NCBI GenBank assembly: GCA_001773215.1
Contig: MEWB01000001.1
Span: 742,099 to 806,098 of the forward strand
Length of the DNA stretch: 64,000 nucleotides
Direction: 5' to 3'
Source: a candidate division WWE3 bacterium RIFOXYC1_FULL_40_10
GTDB lineage: Bacteria; Patescibacteriota; WWE3; UBA101185; UBA10185
Shown piece by piece: positions 1-9,261 of this stretch. The translations under genes were made by a program, and so were the position numbers. Under the pieces are notes generated by a model. That model made no database searches. It had not been told where the DNA came from and worked only from the letters and a program-made list of their open reading frames with translations. Each line of letters opens with the position of its first letter. Positions within the stretch are counted from its first letter, which is position 1.

Positions 1-227
1 TTCTTTTTAATTGGGTGCTGGCTATCGCTAGGAGCGTCAATGATGTCATTGATAAAATAGACGCCTGATGAAATTAAACAAAATGCAACGAACGCGTATA
101 AAGAAAGATCCAAAGTTTTTCCAATAAACAACCTTCCTGCAAAAACAGGTGCCGCAAACAGGGAAAGATTCTTTAGCCATTGCCTTACTCTAGCGGTTCT
201 GAGAATTTGATAAATCGTAAATACCAT
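1..227 (-). CDS. Partial UbiA-family prenyltransferase (N-terminal ~75 aa; gene runs off the 5' window edge)
   Basis: Minus-strand frame reads MVFTIYQILRTARVRQWLKNLSLFAAPVFAGRLFIG...YFINDIIDAPSD. The RxWxKNLxxFA and NDxxDxxxD motifs are typical of UbiA / DPPR-synthase-type prenyltransferases. Not in the ORF track because it is truncated. Confidence 0.5.
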   Translation of the reverse strand, partial: MVFTIYQILRTARVRQWLKNLSLFAAPVFAGRLFIGKTLDLSLYAFVAFCLISSGVYFINDIIDAPSDSQHPIKK

Positions 228-259
228 AATATAGATATTAAGCTTATTTGCCGAATTTC

Positions 260-922
260 TCAAATGGTAGCGGTATAACCAAAGCCTCGAACTGTTTTAA
301 TAATGGGATTTCCCGAATCTGTTATTAGCTTATTTCTTAATCTCTTTATATGAACCTCGACTGTATTTGAGAAAACATAAATCCCCTGATTCCAAACATG
401 TTCTAACAGCTCCTCCTTTGAAATTATCTTGCCCTTATTCAAAATCAGATATATTAAGACATCGTATTCCCGCCTGGTAAGCGCAAGTTCCGTTCTCCCC
501 CTTTTTACAACTCGATCAATAAGGTTAGCAGTAAAAGGGCCGAATCTTACTATTTCTTTATTTGATAGCAAATGCCTGGTGCGAATCATAGCATTTATCT
601 GCGCTTTCAATAGTTGCGGATCTGTAGAAAAGTTACACACGTAATCGGCACCGGAGCTAAGGCAATCCACCAAGCCATTTGAGCTCTTACCAACAACCAC
701 TATCGGAGCCCCGGATTTATTTTGCCTAACAGACCTGCAAATTTCGCTCCCCGACATATCCTGAAGGTAATCTGACACCAAATAGATATCGTAGTCGTTA
801 ACCAAGGACATTTGAGTACCTTCATCTCCGCTCATTGCGATATCGACTACATACTCCTCCGACATTGCAGGAATAATCGAGTGCATAAAATTCGCATCGT
901 CGTTGATCAGCAATATTCTCAT
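260..922 (-). CDS. OmpR-family response regulator (receiver + winged-helix trans_reg_C)
   Basis: N-terminal receiver domain with NDD and an acceptor-Asp region. C-terminal winged-helix region (LTRREYDVLIYL...VEVHIKRLRNKL...TVRGFGY). No adjacent histidine kinase. Confidence 0.8.
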   Translation of the reverse strand: MRILLINDDANFMHSIIPAMSEEYVVDIAMSGDEGTQMSLVNDYDIYLVSDYLQDMSGSEICRSVRQNKSGAPIVVVGKSSNGLVDCLSSGADYVCNFSTDPQLLKAQINAMIRTRHLLSNKEIVRFGPFTANLIDRVVKRGRTELALTRREYDVLIYLILNKGKIISKEELLEHVWNQGIYVFSNTVEVHIKRLRNKLITDSGNPIIKTVRGFGYTATI

Positions 923-1023
923 AATTCCATCCTATAACTATATTTAAGCAAATATGAACGGAAGATGAAATACTATTTCGAGTTGCTTACCCACCCGAAA
1001 TTAATGTAGAATAGCACCCATCT

Positions 1024-1500
1024 ATGCTTTTAACACCTCACGTAATGGTTGGAACAGCAATAGCGGTCGCCGTATCCAATCCCTATATAGCTGTTCCCTT
1101 AGCATTTGCATCTCATTTTTTGGGAGATCTTGTACCTCACTGGGATTTTTTTTCTAACACAACAAGTGAAGAAAAAACGAAGGGCTGGCGTGTCCTTGGG
1201 GTAATGGCCGACTTAACAATCGGTGTGGGCCTGGGCGCCATGTTCACTTTTTTTGCACTCTGGAAACTCCAAAACACACCTCTAGCTCTAAATATATTTC
1301 TTTGCGGGATTGCCTCGGTACTACCTGATGTACTAATAGGACCTTATGTGTACAGAACGAACGGTGTTAATTTTTTGTCGTACTGGGCACATAAAATTCA
1401 GAGTAAAATGCAATTCCCCGCCCCATTGCCTTGGGGAATTGTTAGTCAAATAATTGTATCTCTGGCTTCCTTCGCAGTGATAGCCAATTTAGTGCTGTAA
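1024..1500 (+). CDS. Integral membrane protein, possibly a DUF457/YdjM-like membrane-bound metal-dependent hydrolase
   Basis: Four predicted TM helices; His/Asp-containing motifs (TPHVM, SHFLGDLVPHWD). Family assignment is tentative. Confidence 0.4.
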   Translation: MLLTPHVMVGTAIAVAVSNPYIAVPLAFASHFLGDLVPHWDFFSNTTSEEKTKGWRVLGVMADLTIGVGLGAMFTFFALWKLQNTPLALNIFLCGIASVLPDVLIGPYVYRTNGVNFLSYWAHKIQSKMQFPAPLPWGIVSQIIVSLASFAVIANLVL

Positions 1501-2938
1501 TACAGATACTCACAATTATCACACAAATCAACGACACCTTTACAAGATTTCCCTCTGAGGAAAGAAGCCCTATTCCACCGAAAATTGCCGTGGTAACCCA
1601 ATAAAATAGCGCTATCTTTCGGGGGCTAAAACCCCTGTCCAATAACAGGTGATGTAAATGCCCCCTATCCCCGCTAAATGGGCTTTTACCCATTAACAAA
1701 CGCCTCACCACAGTAACCAGGCCGTCTAAAAAGGGCACTATAATCACAAGGAATGAGATAACTATCTTGCTCTGTACCGAGATAGACATCGCGGCCAGTA
1801 CTAACCCAGCGGTAACCGCACTAAACCCCCACATTACTTTGGAAGGGAACCATGTATGTCTTACCGTACCAAATGCCGCGCCTGCGCTAATTGCCGCCAA
1901 AGTTGCTGTAGTCCAATGGCTATCTTTTAGGGGAGAAAATCTCAAAGATAGAACCATTATTATTAATGAACCTATTCCTATTATTCCTGCATACTGCCCG
2001 TCAATTCCATTAGACCAGGACAAAACGTTGAGCACCCACACGATCCATACCATGGTAATAACTGTTGAAAGCACAGGTCCCAGATTTAAACTAAATCCGC
2101 CCAGCTCCGAAACTCCCACAAAGGGTATACTTATAAACGAGAAGGTATTGCCCACCATAACATAAGGAACAATTGCCAAAAACATCAGAAACAGGCGATA
2201 TACAGGATTTTCCAGGAATTTCAAACCTGAAGACGGCAAGGTTTGTTGGATATCATCTAAAAACCCCAGTAGCGACAGCATGAACAAAGATACAAATAGG
2301 CTAATGTACCCGGATTTAAAACCTATCAATAAACCTGCTACCACCACAACTACAATGGAATACACAATCCCGGCACCTCTCGCCGAGGGTTGTTTCAATA
2401 TCATTCCTGGATGGGCATGTACGCTCGGATTAGTGATAATTCGTCTTTTTTGAGCAAAGGAAATATACACGGGCAAAATAATATAGGTAAGAACCAGCGC
2501 CACTATAAAAGGAAAAATAAAACGCGTGTACACGGGATTAACCAAAGGAGTGAATGTTCCGGACGCAACTTGGATGATTCTGTAGGAAGCAAAACTTAAA
2601 ATAATATTTGTTAAAAATACAAAGTAAAAAACTACATTATCAAAATATTTAATATATAACCTGTTAAATATTATTAGTGCCAAACCCATTAGAGTAGAAA
2701 AGGCGCCAAGCATCGGAAGAATAAAGATATTCCCCCTTGGAGCTAGTTGTAATTCTCCCCACTCTCTTCCGTACCAAAAAGGGATTGAAAGATTTAAATG
2801 CGGATATCTTAAATATACATAGATAAGGTGGACAAAAAAAGCACAGGAGTTCAAGAAAACGAAGCCTACTATTTGGTTCTTCAACTGAACCAAGGTAGTA
2901 TTCCTTATCTCGTTATAAATTCTAATAATTATATTCAT
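1442..2938 (-). CDS. MraY/WecA-family polyprenyl-phosphate sugar-1-phosphate transferase with an N-terminal TM extension
   Basis: Polytopic membrane protein. Carries GLLGFLDDI (DDxxD-type motif) and FSGDRGHLHHLLL (His-rich MraY/WecA motif). About 100 aa of extra N-terminal TM helices. Confidence 0.7.
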   Translation of the reverse strand: MNIIIRIYNEIRNTTLVQLKNQIVGFVFLNSCAFFVHLIYVYLRYPHLNLSIPFWYGREWGELQLAPRGNIFILPMLGAFSTLMGLALIIFNRLYIKYFDNVVFYFVFLTNIILSFASYRIIQVASGTFTPLVNPVYTRFIFPFIVALVLTYIILPVYISFAQKRRIITNPSVHAHPGMILKQPSARGAGIVYSIVVVVVAGLLIGFKSGYISLFVSLFMLSLLGFLDDIQQTLPSSGLKFLENPVYRLFLMFLAIVPYVMVGNTFSFISIPFVGVSELGGFSLNLGPVLSTVITMVWIVWVLNVLSWSNGIDGQYAGIIGIGSLIIMVLSLRFSPLKDSHWTTATLAAISAGAAFGTVRHTWFPSKVMWGFSAVTAGLVLAAMSISVQSKIVISFLVIIVPFLDGLVTVVRRLLMGKSPFSGDRGHLHHLLLDRGFSPRKIALFYWVTTAIFGGIGLLSSEGNLVKVSLICVIIVSICITALNWLSLRRKPEIQLFD

Positions 2939-2947
2939 ACAAACACC

Positions 2948-4495
2948 TTACCCTCGTTTGGGAGTATGATAGAGATCTTTCATGCGCTTGCCAAGCAACA
3001 TTCGAGTTTGAGCCTCAACCCATGGAAAAAACGAATAGGTTAACAGGTTAAGCATTATCAGCGGACCTTCGAAAACCACTGTGAACAGTTTTCGGATAAA
3101 ATGCCAATTTTTAGGCATTTCAGAAGACAGCTTGATTCTAAAATAGGCTCCGGGAATTAAACACACTAAGGTTACTGTTAATATGGCACTCATAATATCA
3201 GGGAGGCTATAGGCAAAATTAGACTGCTTAACGTAAGGATTAACCATGGTTACCAAGCTAAAACCAAAGGTTATCAAAAACACCATATTTACCAATATTA
3301 CTCTTTTTTGAAAATGCTTTATCATCCATTTAAGTTTTTTAACCATAGGTATCTTCCCGTTTCTCATGAATTCTTTAACAGATAAAGGAAAATCTATGGT
3401 GCCCCACCCCCACCTTAATAGCTGCTTATATAAGGCTATGTGAGAATCCAGGAAATTCTTACCTTCAACGGCATCAGCGGAATAGGGAATGTAATGCGGT
3501 TTACCTTCAAAGTCACCGTTTCGGGCAAAATAGGCCCTCCAATAAACTATAGTGTCATCCACACCAAGCTGTACATCCCAATAGTCGGCGTCCATTAGGG
3601 TTTGGAGCGACATCGAATATGCGGCAAATGTATCTTTCTCCGAACCGGAAGTTACTCCCCAATCGGATAAGGAACCCAAAGTCACGGCATTAGCCTCTAT
3701 CCTCATCAACATAGGAACTCGCCATAGGTTATTATTAAACAGATGAACTGCAGTGGAATAGTAATGATTATCCCTTCTATCAGTTGTGAGGTACAGATGC
3801 GTGAGCCTCGACAGAAATTGAGGGTTAAGCACGTGATCCGAATCGAACGTAGAAAAGATGTAGTTTCTCAAATTTTCTCCCAGGCTTTTAAGCTCCGCAA
3901 CAGCATGCTTTGCACCCCACGTTCTATTTGCTCCTGCAACGCCTATTGCCTCTCCCACTATTCCCGCAGGATGTGTGTAAATTAAAACTTTATGAAATTG
4001 GTTTTTTCTCCCCTGTAAAATCGTTTCGACACAGGGAATTATCACATCAGCTCCCCTTTCTTCAACTGAAATTACCAAAACGGTTTGCTTAGATGGAAAA
4101 GTTTGATTTAATAACGATTCTATACAGCCCCTTAACACAGACTCCGGCTCACTAACTGCGGGAACTAAAACGAAATGCCTAATATCTTCAAGTGAGGAAG
4201 GCAGTGTAGCTTTATCAGGGAGCGCTGAAAAATTAAGCTTTTTGCATTCTTCTGCCCAATTTATTGCCATATCTTTTACGTAATTTCTATACCCCACAAA
4301 TAGGCCGTATGTATGCCTAAATGCCAAAAAAGACCAATATACAGTTAAAAAGGTAAGGACATACACAATAGCTTGGGGTTGGAATATACCCAGCCAAATT
4401 GGGGAGGTTAGAAATATCCAAGTGAGCAAGCCTGGTACCATTTCAAGTATTCTGTATATTCTTATATCATTCTTATTAACAATTGATGCAATCAT
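2948..4495 (-). CDS. Membrane-bound processive family-2 glycosyltransferase (cellulose/chitin-synthase-like)
   Basis: TM helices at both ends. Central GT2 domain with DSD / DDT acidic motifs and a QLLRW (QxxRW) processivity signature. Confidence 0.7.
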   Translation of the reverse strand: MIASIVNKNDIRIYRILEMVPGLLTWIFLTSPIWLGIFQPQAIVYVLTFLTVYWSFLAFRHTYGLFVGYRNYVKDMAINWAEECKKLNFSALPDKATLPSSLEDIRHFVLVPAVSEPESVLRGCIESLLNQTFPSKQTVLVISVEERGADVIIPCVETILQGRKNQFHKVLIYTHPAGIVGEAIGVAGANRTWGAKHAVAELKSLGENLRNYIFSTFDSDHVLNPQFLSRLTHLYLTTDRRDNHYYSTAVHLFNNNLWRVPMLMRIEANAVTLGSLSDWGVTSGSEKDTFAAYSMSLQTLMDADYWDVQLGVDDTIVYWRAYFARNGDFEGKPHYIPYSADAVEGKNFLDSHIALYKQLLRWGWGTIDFPLSVKEFMRNGKIPMVKKLKWMIKHFQKRVILVNMVFLITFGFSLVTMVNPYVKQSNFAYSLPDIMSAILTVTLVCLIPGAYFRIKLSSEMPKNWHFIRKLFTVVFEGPLIMLNLLTYSFFPWVEAQTRMLLGKRMKDLYHTPKRG

Positions 4496-4518
4496 ATTAT
4501 ATTTAAGGCCGGTAGCTG

Positions 4519-5301
4519 CTATTTTAGCACGCTAAACAGTACCTTTGCGTTGGATGTTGTCTTTTCAGCGACTGCCTCAAGTGTACTATTTCGCGCAAAA
4601 GCAACTTTTTCAGCTACCAGCTTAACATTTGCCGGCTCGTTCGGTTCACCCCGATGACCTTGTGGGGGCAAGTAGGGAGAGTCCGTCTCCACTAATATTT
4701 TGTTCAACGGCATCTTTTTGACTACCTCAAGCAACTCCCTTCTAGCAGGATAGGTAATCATTCCCGAAAAGGAAATATAGAAACCACAATCCAATAGCTT
4801 TTTTGCGTAATCCCAATCCTGAGAAAAACAGTGAGCTACACCTTTTAAGCCTTGCGGAGCGTACTTTTCAATCACCGACAAAACAGTGTGATCCCCATTA
4901 CGATTGTGAATAATTAGAGGGAGCTTGTGCTCGACAGCTAATTGGGATTGCATATCAAAAAGCTCAATTTGAGACTCAATACTCCTTCCATTTTCCCATT
5001 CTGATATGTCGATTCCACATTCTCCGATACCAACTATTTTCTTAGAGATGTGCAACAAATCTTCTAGAGCAGAATGCAGTTTGGCGACACTTACATCTTT
5101 ATCTTCGTGGGGATAAATACCAATAGATGCATAAACCTGCTCATGCTTGTTAGCAGCCTTTATAGCTTTGTTGCTACCTTCAAGAGAAGTCCCCACATTT
5201 ACCAGGTACTTCACAGAATTTTGCATACAGTTGGCCAAAATAGCCTCGACTTGATCGGAATCCGGAAGATGGCAATGAGTGTCGATTAGTTCAATAGGCA
5301 T
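4519..5301 (-). CDS. tatD: TatD-family metal-dependent hydrolase/DNase
   Basis: N-terminal IDTHCHL motif and full-length TatD-like pattern, 260 aa. Confidence 0.85.
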   Translation of the reverse strand: MPIELIDTHCHLPDSDQVEAILANCMQNSVKYLVNVGTSLEGSNKAIKAANKHEQVYASIGIYPHEDKDVSVAKLHSALEDLLHISKKIVGIGECGIDISEWENGRSIESQIELFDMQSQLAVEHKLPLIIHNRNGDHTVLSVIEKYAPQGLKGVAHCFSQDWDYAKKLLDCGFYISFSGMITYPARRELLEVVKKMPLNKILVETDSPYLPPQGHRGEPNEPANVKLVAEKVAFARNSTLEAVAEKTTSNAKVLFSVLK

Positions 5302-5386
5302 ATGTTAGATTCTACCACTTCCGTGCTATGGGTTGCTAATATTCCGAAAAAATGTTATAAATACCGCAATATCAATGGAGGAACGA

Positions 5387-5598
5387 TGAAAAAGCACAAA
5401 ATAAAAGGACGCGAATCAGTAGCAATTGGATCAAAAAAATGTGTAAACTGCAAGGATCACAATCCACCAACAAAAGTGGTAACCAAGGATTTTGATCAGA
5501 AGGTAGTTACTGCAACCGGTCCTGAGATCAGAGTTTGGAAAAAGGGTGATTTTATTTGCCCAAATTGCGGGAAACCAATGGGGAGGATAGTTGTATGA
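5387..5598 (+). CDS. Small zinc-ribbon protein (CxxC...CxxC), 70 aa
   Basis: ATG at 5387 lies 7 nt after GGAGG. CVNC...CPNC pairs. I chose this internal start instead of the track start at 5302, which would overlap the divergent tatD start. Confidence 0.45.
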
Positions 5599-5738
5599 AA
5601 ATTAGCACTCGCGGACTCGTATATCGTAGAGACAACGAGCGTACATGCCCAACTTATAGATTGCTCTACGTTGCCTGGGTAATTGCTGGCAAAAGGAAGG
5701 TACCAAAGAAATGCCCCTGGTGCCACAAATTTCACTAG
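5596..5738 (+). CDS. Small Cys-rich mini-protein (47 aa), translationally coupled to the preceding zinc-ribbon ORF
   Basis: GGGAGG RBS then an ATG overlapping the upstream TGA (ATGA). CPTY...CPWC cysteines. Function unknown. Confidence 0.35.
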
Positions 5739-5755
5739 TGATCGGATTTGAGAAA

Positions 5756-5790
5756 CCTCGAACTTACTTTTCGGGGTTTTTTTATTTTAT
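5756..5790. terminator. Rho-independent terminator, likely bidirectional, between the zinc-ribbon ORFs and metG
   Basis: CCTCGAA-7 nt loop-TTCGGGG stem with one G.U pair, then TTTTTTTATTTTATTTT on the + strand. An A-run/hairpin/TTTCTC follows on the - strand after the metG stop. Confidence 0.5.
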
Positions 5791-7194
5791 TTTCGGAAAT
5801 AGCCCTTCCTGTGCCTTTATGTGACTATTCGAAAACTGAGCGATTATTTTATTAGAAGTATTGGGAACAAAAGGCTCATAGAGTTTGGCAATCCTAGTTA
5901 TTTCACCTACTTCGTAAATCAAAACTGCTTTGAGCTTTTCCTCATCTTCGATTTTCCAAGGTTCATTCTCATTTATATGTTTGTCCAAATTGCCCAATAA
6001 TTCCTTCAAGTGAGCAAGAACCAAATCCACTCGAAAATCTTTTTCAAAAGGATAGTCATCGGATGGAATACTGGGCAGATCATTAAACACAAAACCGGAT
6101 TTCTCAGCCATTTTTGCGATTCGCGCCACTGTATTTCCAAGACCATTTGCTAAATCAGAGTTATAAACTTCTTTTAAAGATTCTTCGGAAATATCAGAGT
6201 CTTCCACTATTGGACCCTGCTTTAGCAAATAATACCTAACAGCATCAACGCCATACTTTTGAACTAACTCAGTGGGTAATATTATATTCCCAAGAGATTT
6301 GCTAATTTTCCGGCCATTTAGATTTACAAACCCATGAACATAAACTTTGTTAGGAAGGCGGTAACCCACACTCTTCAACATTGCCGGCCACAGCAGAGTG
6401 TGCCACCTTGCAATATCTTTGCCTACAAAATGCACTATTTCAGTGTCCTCGTCCCAAAAACCTTTCGGTAAACCTTCGGTAACATAATTTATCAAAGCGT
6501 CAAACCATACGTAGATTACTTGCGCCGAATCCACCGGAGTTTGAATACCCCATGAAACCTTATATTTTGGCCTGGAAACTGTGATATCTTTTAAACCTGA
6601 TTCTAAAAATGCCAGCATTTCTTTGCGTTTTCCCTCAGGTTTAATTTCCAGTTCGTTCGACTCAATTAAATTTTTTAGAAAACCCTGGTATTTGGACCAT
6701 TTAAAGAAGTAATTTTCCTCATCTAGTTCTTGGATCTGACGCGATGGATGATTGGGACATTGTCCCTTTTCATCAAGTTCGGACAAAGTTTTATGAGCCT
6801 CACAACCTTCACAATAGAAGCCTTTGTATGTAGCTTTGTAAATGTCACCCGCAGCATAGGCTTTTTGAAAGAACTCTTCGGCTTTTGCCTTGTGATCCTC
6901 GTCGGTTGTTCTTATAAAACGGGTGTACGAAATGTTAAGCGCATCTATTTGCTCTTGATCGAGATTTGAAATTTCTGTTACATGCTGTAGTGGTGTTAGT
7001 CCTCTTTTCTCGGCGGCTTTTTGGCTTGTTGTGCCGTGTTCATCTGTACCTGTTGTAAACAAAACATTACTGTCACCTAGCTTTTTTCTTTGATAACGAG
7101 CATAGCTGTCGGCTAGTATCTTTTCGTAAGCATGTCCAATATGAATGACTCCGTTTGTGTAATCTATAGCTGTTGTAATAAATAACTTTTTCAT
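5782..7194 (-). CDS. metG: Methionyl-tRNA synthetase (compact form, 470 aa)
   Basis: HIGH motif (HIGHAYEK) and KMSKS motif (KISKSLGN). Class-I aaRS architecture. Confidence 0.9.
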   Translation of the reverse strand: MKKLFITTAIDYTNGVIHIGHAYEKILADSYARYQRKKLGDSNVLFTTGTDEHGTTSQKAAEKRGLTPLQHVTEISNLDQEQIDALNISYTRFIRTTDEDHKAKAEEFFQKAYAAGDIYKATYKGFYCEGCEAHKTLSELDEKGQCPNHPSRQIQELDEENYFFKWSKYQGFLKNLIESNELEIKPEGKRKEMLAFLESGLKDITVSRPKYKVSWGIQTPVDSAQVIYVWFDALINYVTEGLPKGFWDEDTEIVHFVGKDIARWHTLLWPAMLKSVGYRLPNKVYVHGFVNLNGRKISKSLGNIILPTELVQKYGVDAVRYYLLKQGPIVEDSDISEESLKEVYNSDLANGLGNTVARIAKMAEKSGFVFNDLPSIPSDDYPFEKDFRVDLVLAHLKELLGNLDKHINENEPWKIEDEEKLKAVLIYEVGEITRIAKLYEPFVPNTSNKIIAQFSNSHIKAQEGLFPKIK

Positions 7195-7198
7195 AGCA

Positions 7199-7558
7199 TT
7201 ATCGGTTCTTGATAATTAAGTATAACGCCCCATACAATAGCAAAAACAGGGTGATAGTCAAATAAGTTAAAAGCGAAAATGCCTTTAGAAAGGCAAAACC
7301 TACAATTCCGAAACTCATATAAAAAGACCACTTAGACAATTTTCTAAAGAACAGGCGTCGATCTACATTGGCTTTGAGTTTTTTGGATTTTACTTTGTAC
7401 AAAAGCAAAGATGAAGAAACTCCAAAGGTTAGAAATGTTACGAGTAGAAACAAACCTATTGTAAGTATTGAATATGGGGGAACCTTAAAAAGCAAATAGA
7501 AAAACAAACTCCACAGAACCAAAGCTGAAATAACAATTGCGTACAAAAACCTCGGCAT
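7199..7558 (-). CDS. Hypothetical small membrane protein (3-4 TM)
   Basis: Hydrophobic 119-aa ORF sitting 4 nt downstream of metG. Confidence 0.5.
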   Translation of the reverse strand: MPRFLYAIVISALVLWSLFFYLLFKVPPYSILTIGLFLLVTFLTFGVSSSLLLYKVKSKKLKANVDRRLFFRKLSKWSFYMSFGIVGFAFLKAFSLLTYLTITLFLLLYGALYLIIKNR

Positions 7559-7641
7559 GGATTTATTTTATCACTTGGGGAAAAGAAAGAGGTAGGGAAA
7601 ATTGCGTCTGGCACAGTTTCCCCCACCTCCAAAAGTCTACT

Positions 7642-7917
7642 CTACAGCAAAATTTTTCCGTCCATGAACAGAACTTTGAAACAACCTTCAGCGATTGAGG
7701 GATCAGCACAGACCATAACATCCAGGACGAAATCCGGATAAAGCTTCCGCTCGGACGTACAAACCAGCACCTGGACTGGAACATTCCCGTCGTCATCCCG
7801 CACCTTTAAAACGAGGGCTGCTGCATTCTCAAAATACATCTTCTTTTTATCTGCTTTTGGGCCAATAAAGTGAAGACGTTCTATACTCTTCGTACCTTCG
7901 CGGTTAACCAGCGTCAT
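7642..7917 (-). CDS. Hypothetical protein (91 aa)
   Basis: AAGGAG RBS 6 nt upstream of the ATG on the minus strand. Non-repetitive composition. Confidence 0.5.
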   Translation of the reverse strand: MTLVNREGTKSIERLHFIGPKADKKKMYFENAAALVLKVRDDDGNVPVQVLVCTSERKLYPDFVLDVMVCADPSIAEGCFKVLFMDGKILL

Positions 7918-7941
7918 TTTATAGTCTCCTTCGTGATATGA

Positions 7942-9006
7942 TTGATCTATATGGATTTTAGCATTTTTTTACTCATAAGTACAATCATCGTTGCTGCATT
8001 GGGTTTTTATTACCTAATAAACCAACTAAAAGCTCTAAAGGGAGAATTAGCTAAGGACGATAAGGACGTATTGGTGGAATGGCTAAAAGACATGAAAGGC
8101 TCCGTTGATAAAAACTCTGAAGTTCTGGAAAGACAGCTAAAAGATCAGAGAGGAACCATGGAAGAACAAATGAGAAATCAGCGGGAAGCCATGAATAAGC
8201 AAACTCAGCTTATTTGGGAACGACTTGATAAATCGGGAGACGTCATTAGAGAGGTGCAAAAACAGCTTGGCGGTATTACCGAGTTTGGTAAAGACATGAA
8301 AGATTTAAGTAACGTTTTAAAGTCTCCAAAACTACGCGGCGGCCTTGGAGAACAATTTTTATACGAAATACTTGCCAACTCCTTGCCTACAGAGATGTAT
8401 AAAACGCAATACAAGTTTAAAGACGGAGATATTTGTGATGCCGTAATCTTCACCGACCGAGGAATAATTCCAATCGACTCAAAATTTCCGATGGAAAATT
8501 TTAAAGCCATGATAGTCGCGGAAACTCCCGAAGCACGAGATAAAAGCAAAAAGGATTTTATTAAGGATGTGAAAAGGCGGATAGAGGAGATTTCCAGTAA
8601 ATATATTCTTCCGGGAGAGGGTACTACTGAACAGGCAATAATGTATGTTCCCTCGGAAAATGTGTCATACGAACTTCTGGTTAACACACCTGAAATCGAT
8701 GAGCACCTTAAAGCGAAAAGTATTATATTGGCTTCTCCAAATACATTAAGTTACTTCTTAAAAGTTTTGCTAATCGCCTTCCAACAGCACGAACTTGAAA
8801 AACACGCAGGCGAAATATTAAAAGCTTTAAATAGCGTGAAAATTGAGGCTGAAAAATTCGGAGACGACATCGGAGTATTGGAACATCACATCTCAAACGC
8901 CTACAAATCAATCGATACAGTGAAAAATAAATATACAAAGCTCTTCACTAAAATTGAGAATATACAAAGCATCGAAGCCCCGGAAGAAAAGGTATTGCTG
9001 CAATAA
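7942..9006 (+). CDS. rmuC: DNA recombination protein RmuC
   Basis: N-terminal TM, a long coiled-coil, then the RmuC nuclease-like region (GGLGEQFLYEIL...IPIDSKFPMENF...MYVPSE). The track start at 7942 is TTG; the first ATG is at 7951. Confidence 0.8.
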   Translation: MIYMDFSIFLLISTIIVAALGFYYLINQLKALKGELAKDDKDVLVEWLKDMKGSVDKNSEVLERQLKDQRGTMEEQMRNQREAMNKQTQLIWERLDKSGDVIREVQKQLGGITEFGKDMKDLSNVLKSPKLRGGLGEQFLYEILANSLPTEMYKTQYKFKDGDICDAVIFTDRGIIPIDSKFPMENFKAMIVAETPEARDKSKKDFIKDVKRRIEEISSKYILPGEGTTEQAIMYVPSENVSYELLVNTPEIDEHLKAKSIILASPNTLSYFLKVLLIAFQQHELEKHAGEILKALNSVKIEAEKFGDDIGVLEHHISNAYKSIDTVKNKYTKLFTKIENIQSIEAPEEKVLLQ

Positions 9007-9053
9007 CTTTCAAAAAAATACCTCGTAATGCAAAGCAATACGAGGTGGGCGAA

Positions 9054-9215
9054 CTAGGAACCATTTTGATCCGGCGGCCGTTCTAAGTCATCGGATTGAT
9101 CATCTGTGTTTGTAAACTTCACTCTTCCCGAAAACAAAGCGACCCCCACTGCTATAGCCAATATAACCAGTGCAAAAACACACAACCAAGGAATGATCTC
9201 TATAGGATTCGACAT
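9054..9215 (-). CDS. Small single-TM protein (53 aa), absent from the ORF track
   Basis: Reads MSNPIEIIPWLCVFALVILAIAVGVALFSGRVKFTNTDDQSDDLERPPDQNGS. Preceded on the minus strand by TATAAT and a GAGAGG RBS. Followed by a CCTCGTA/TACGAGG hairpin plus T-run. Confidence 0.45.
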   Translation of the reverse strand: MSNPIEIIPWLCVFALVILAIAVGVALFSGRVKFTNTDDQSDDLERPPDQNGS

Positions 9216-9261
9216 GTCTACCTCTCTATACAGGAATTATACCCCTTTTTGGTGGTAAACT

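Noticed and set aside
429-644. Numerous 60-140-aa ORFs in the track lying antisense to, or out of frame within, well-supported genes (for example 429..644, 1767..2165, 3743..3985, 8205..8687, 10503..10727, 17601..18011, 38477..38674, 39081..39881, 52187..52981, 53204..54104)
   Set aside because: They overlap conserved housekeeping CDSs (response regulator, MraY-like, GT2, rmuC, helicases, groEL, dnaK) on the opposite strand or in another frame. They lack RBSs and are typical shadow ORFs.
5496-5735. 79-aa minus-strand ORF overlapping the zinc-ribbon mini-ORFs
   Set aside because: The plus-strand pair has GGAGG RBSs, ATGA coupling, cysteine-pair motifs and a downstream terminator. The minus-strand ORF has none of these.
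7563-7796. 77-aa ORF overlapping the 7642..7917 ORF in another frame
   Set aside because: The 7642..7917 frame has an AAGGAG RBS and protein-like composition. The overlapping frame has neither.
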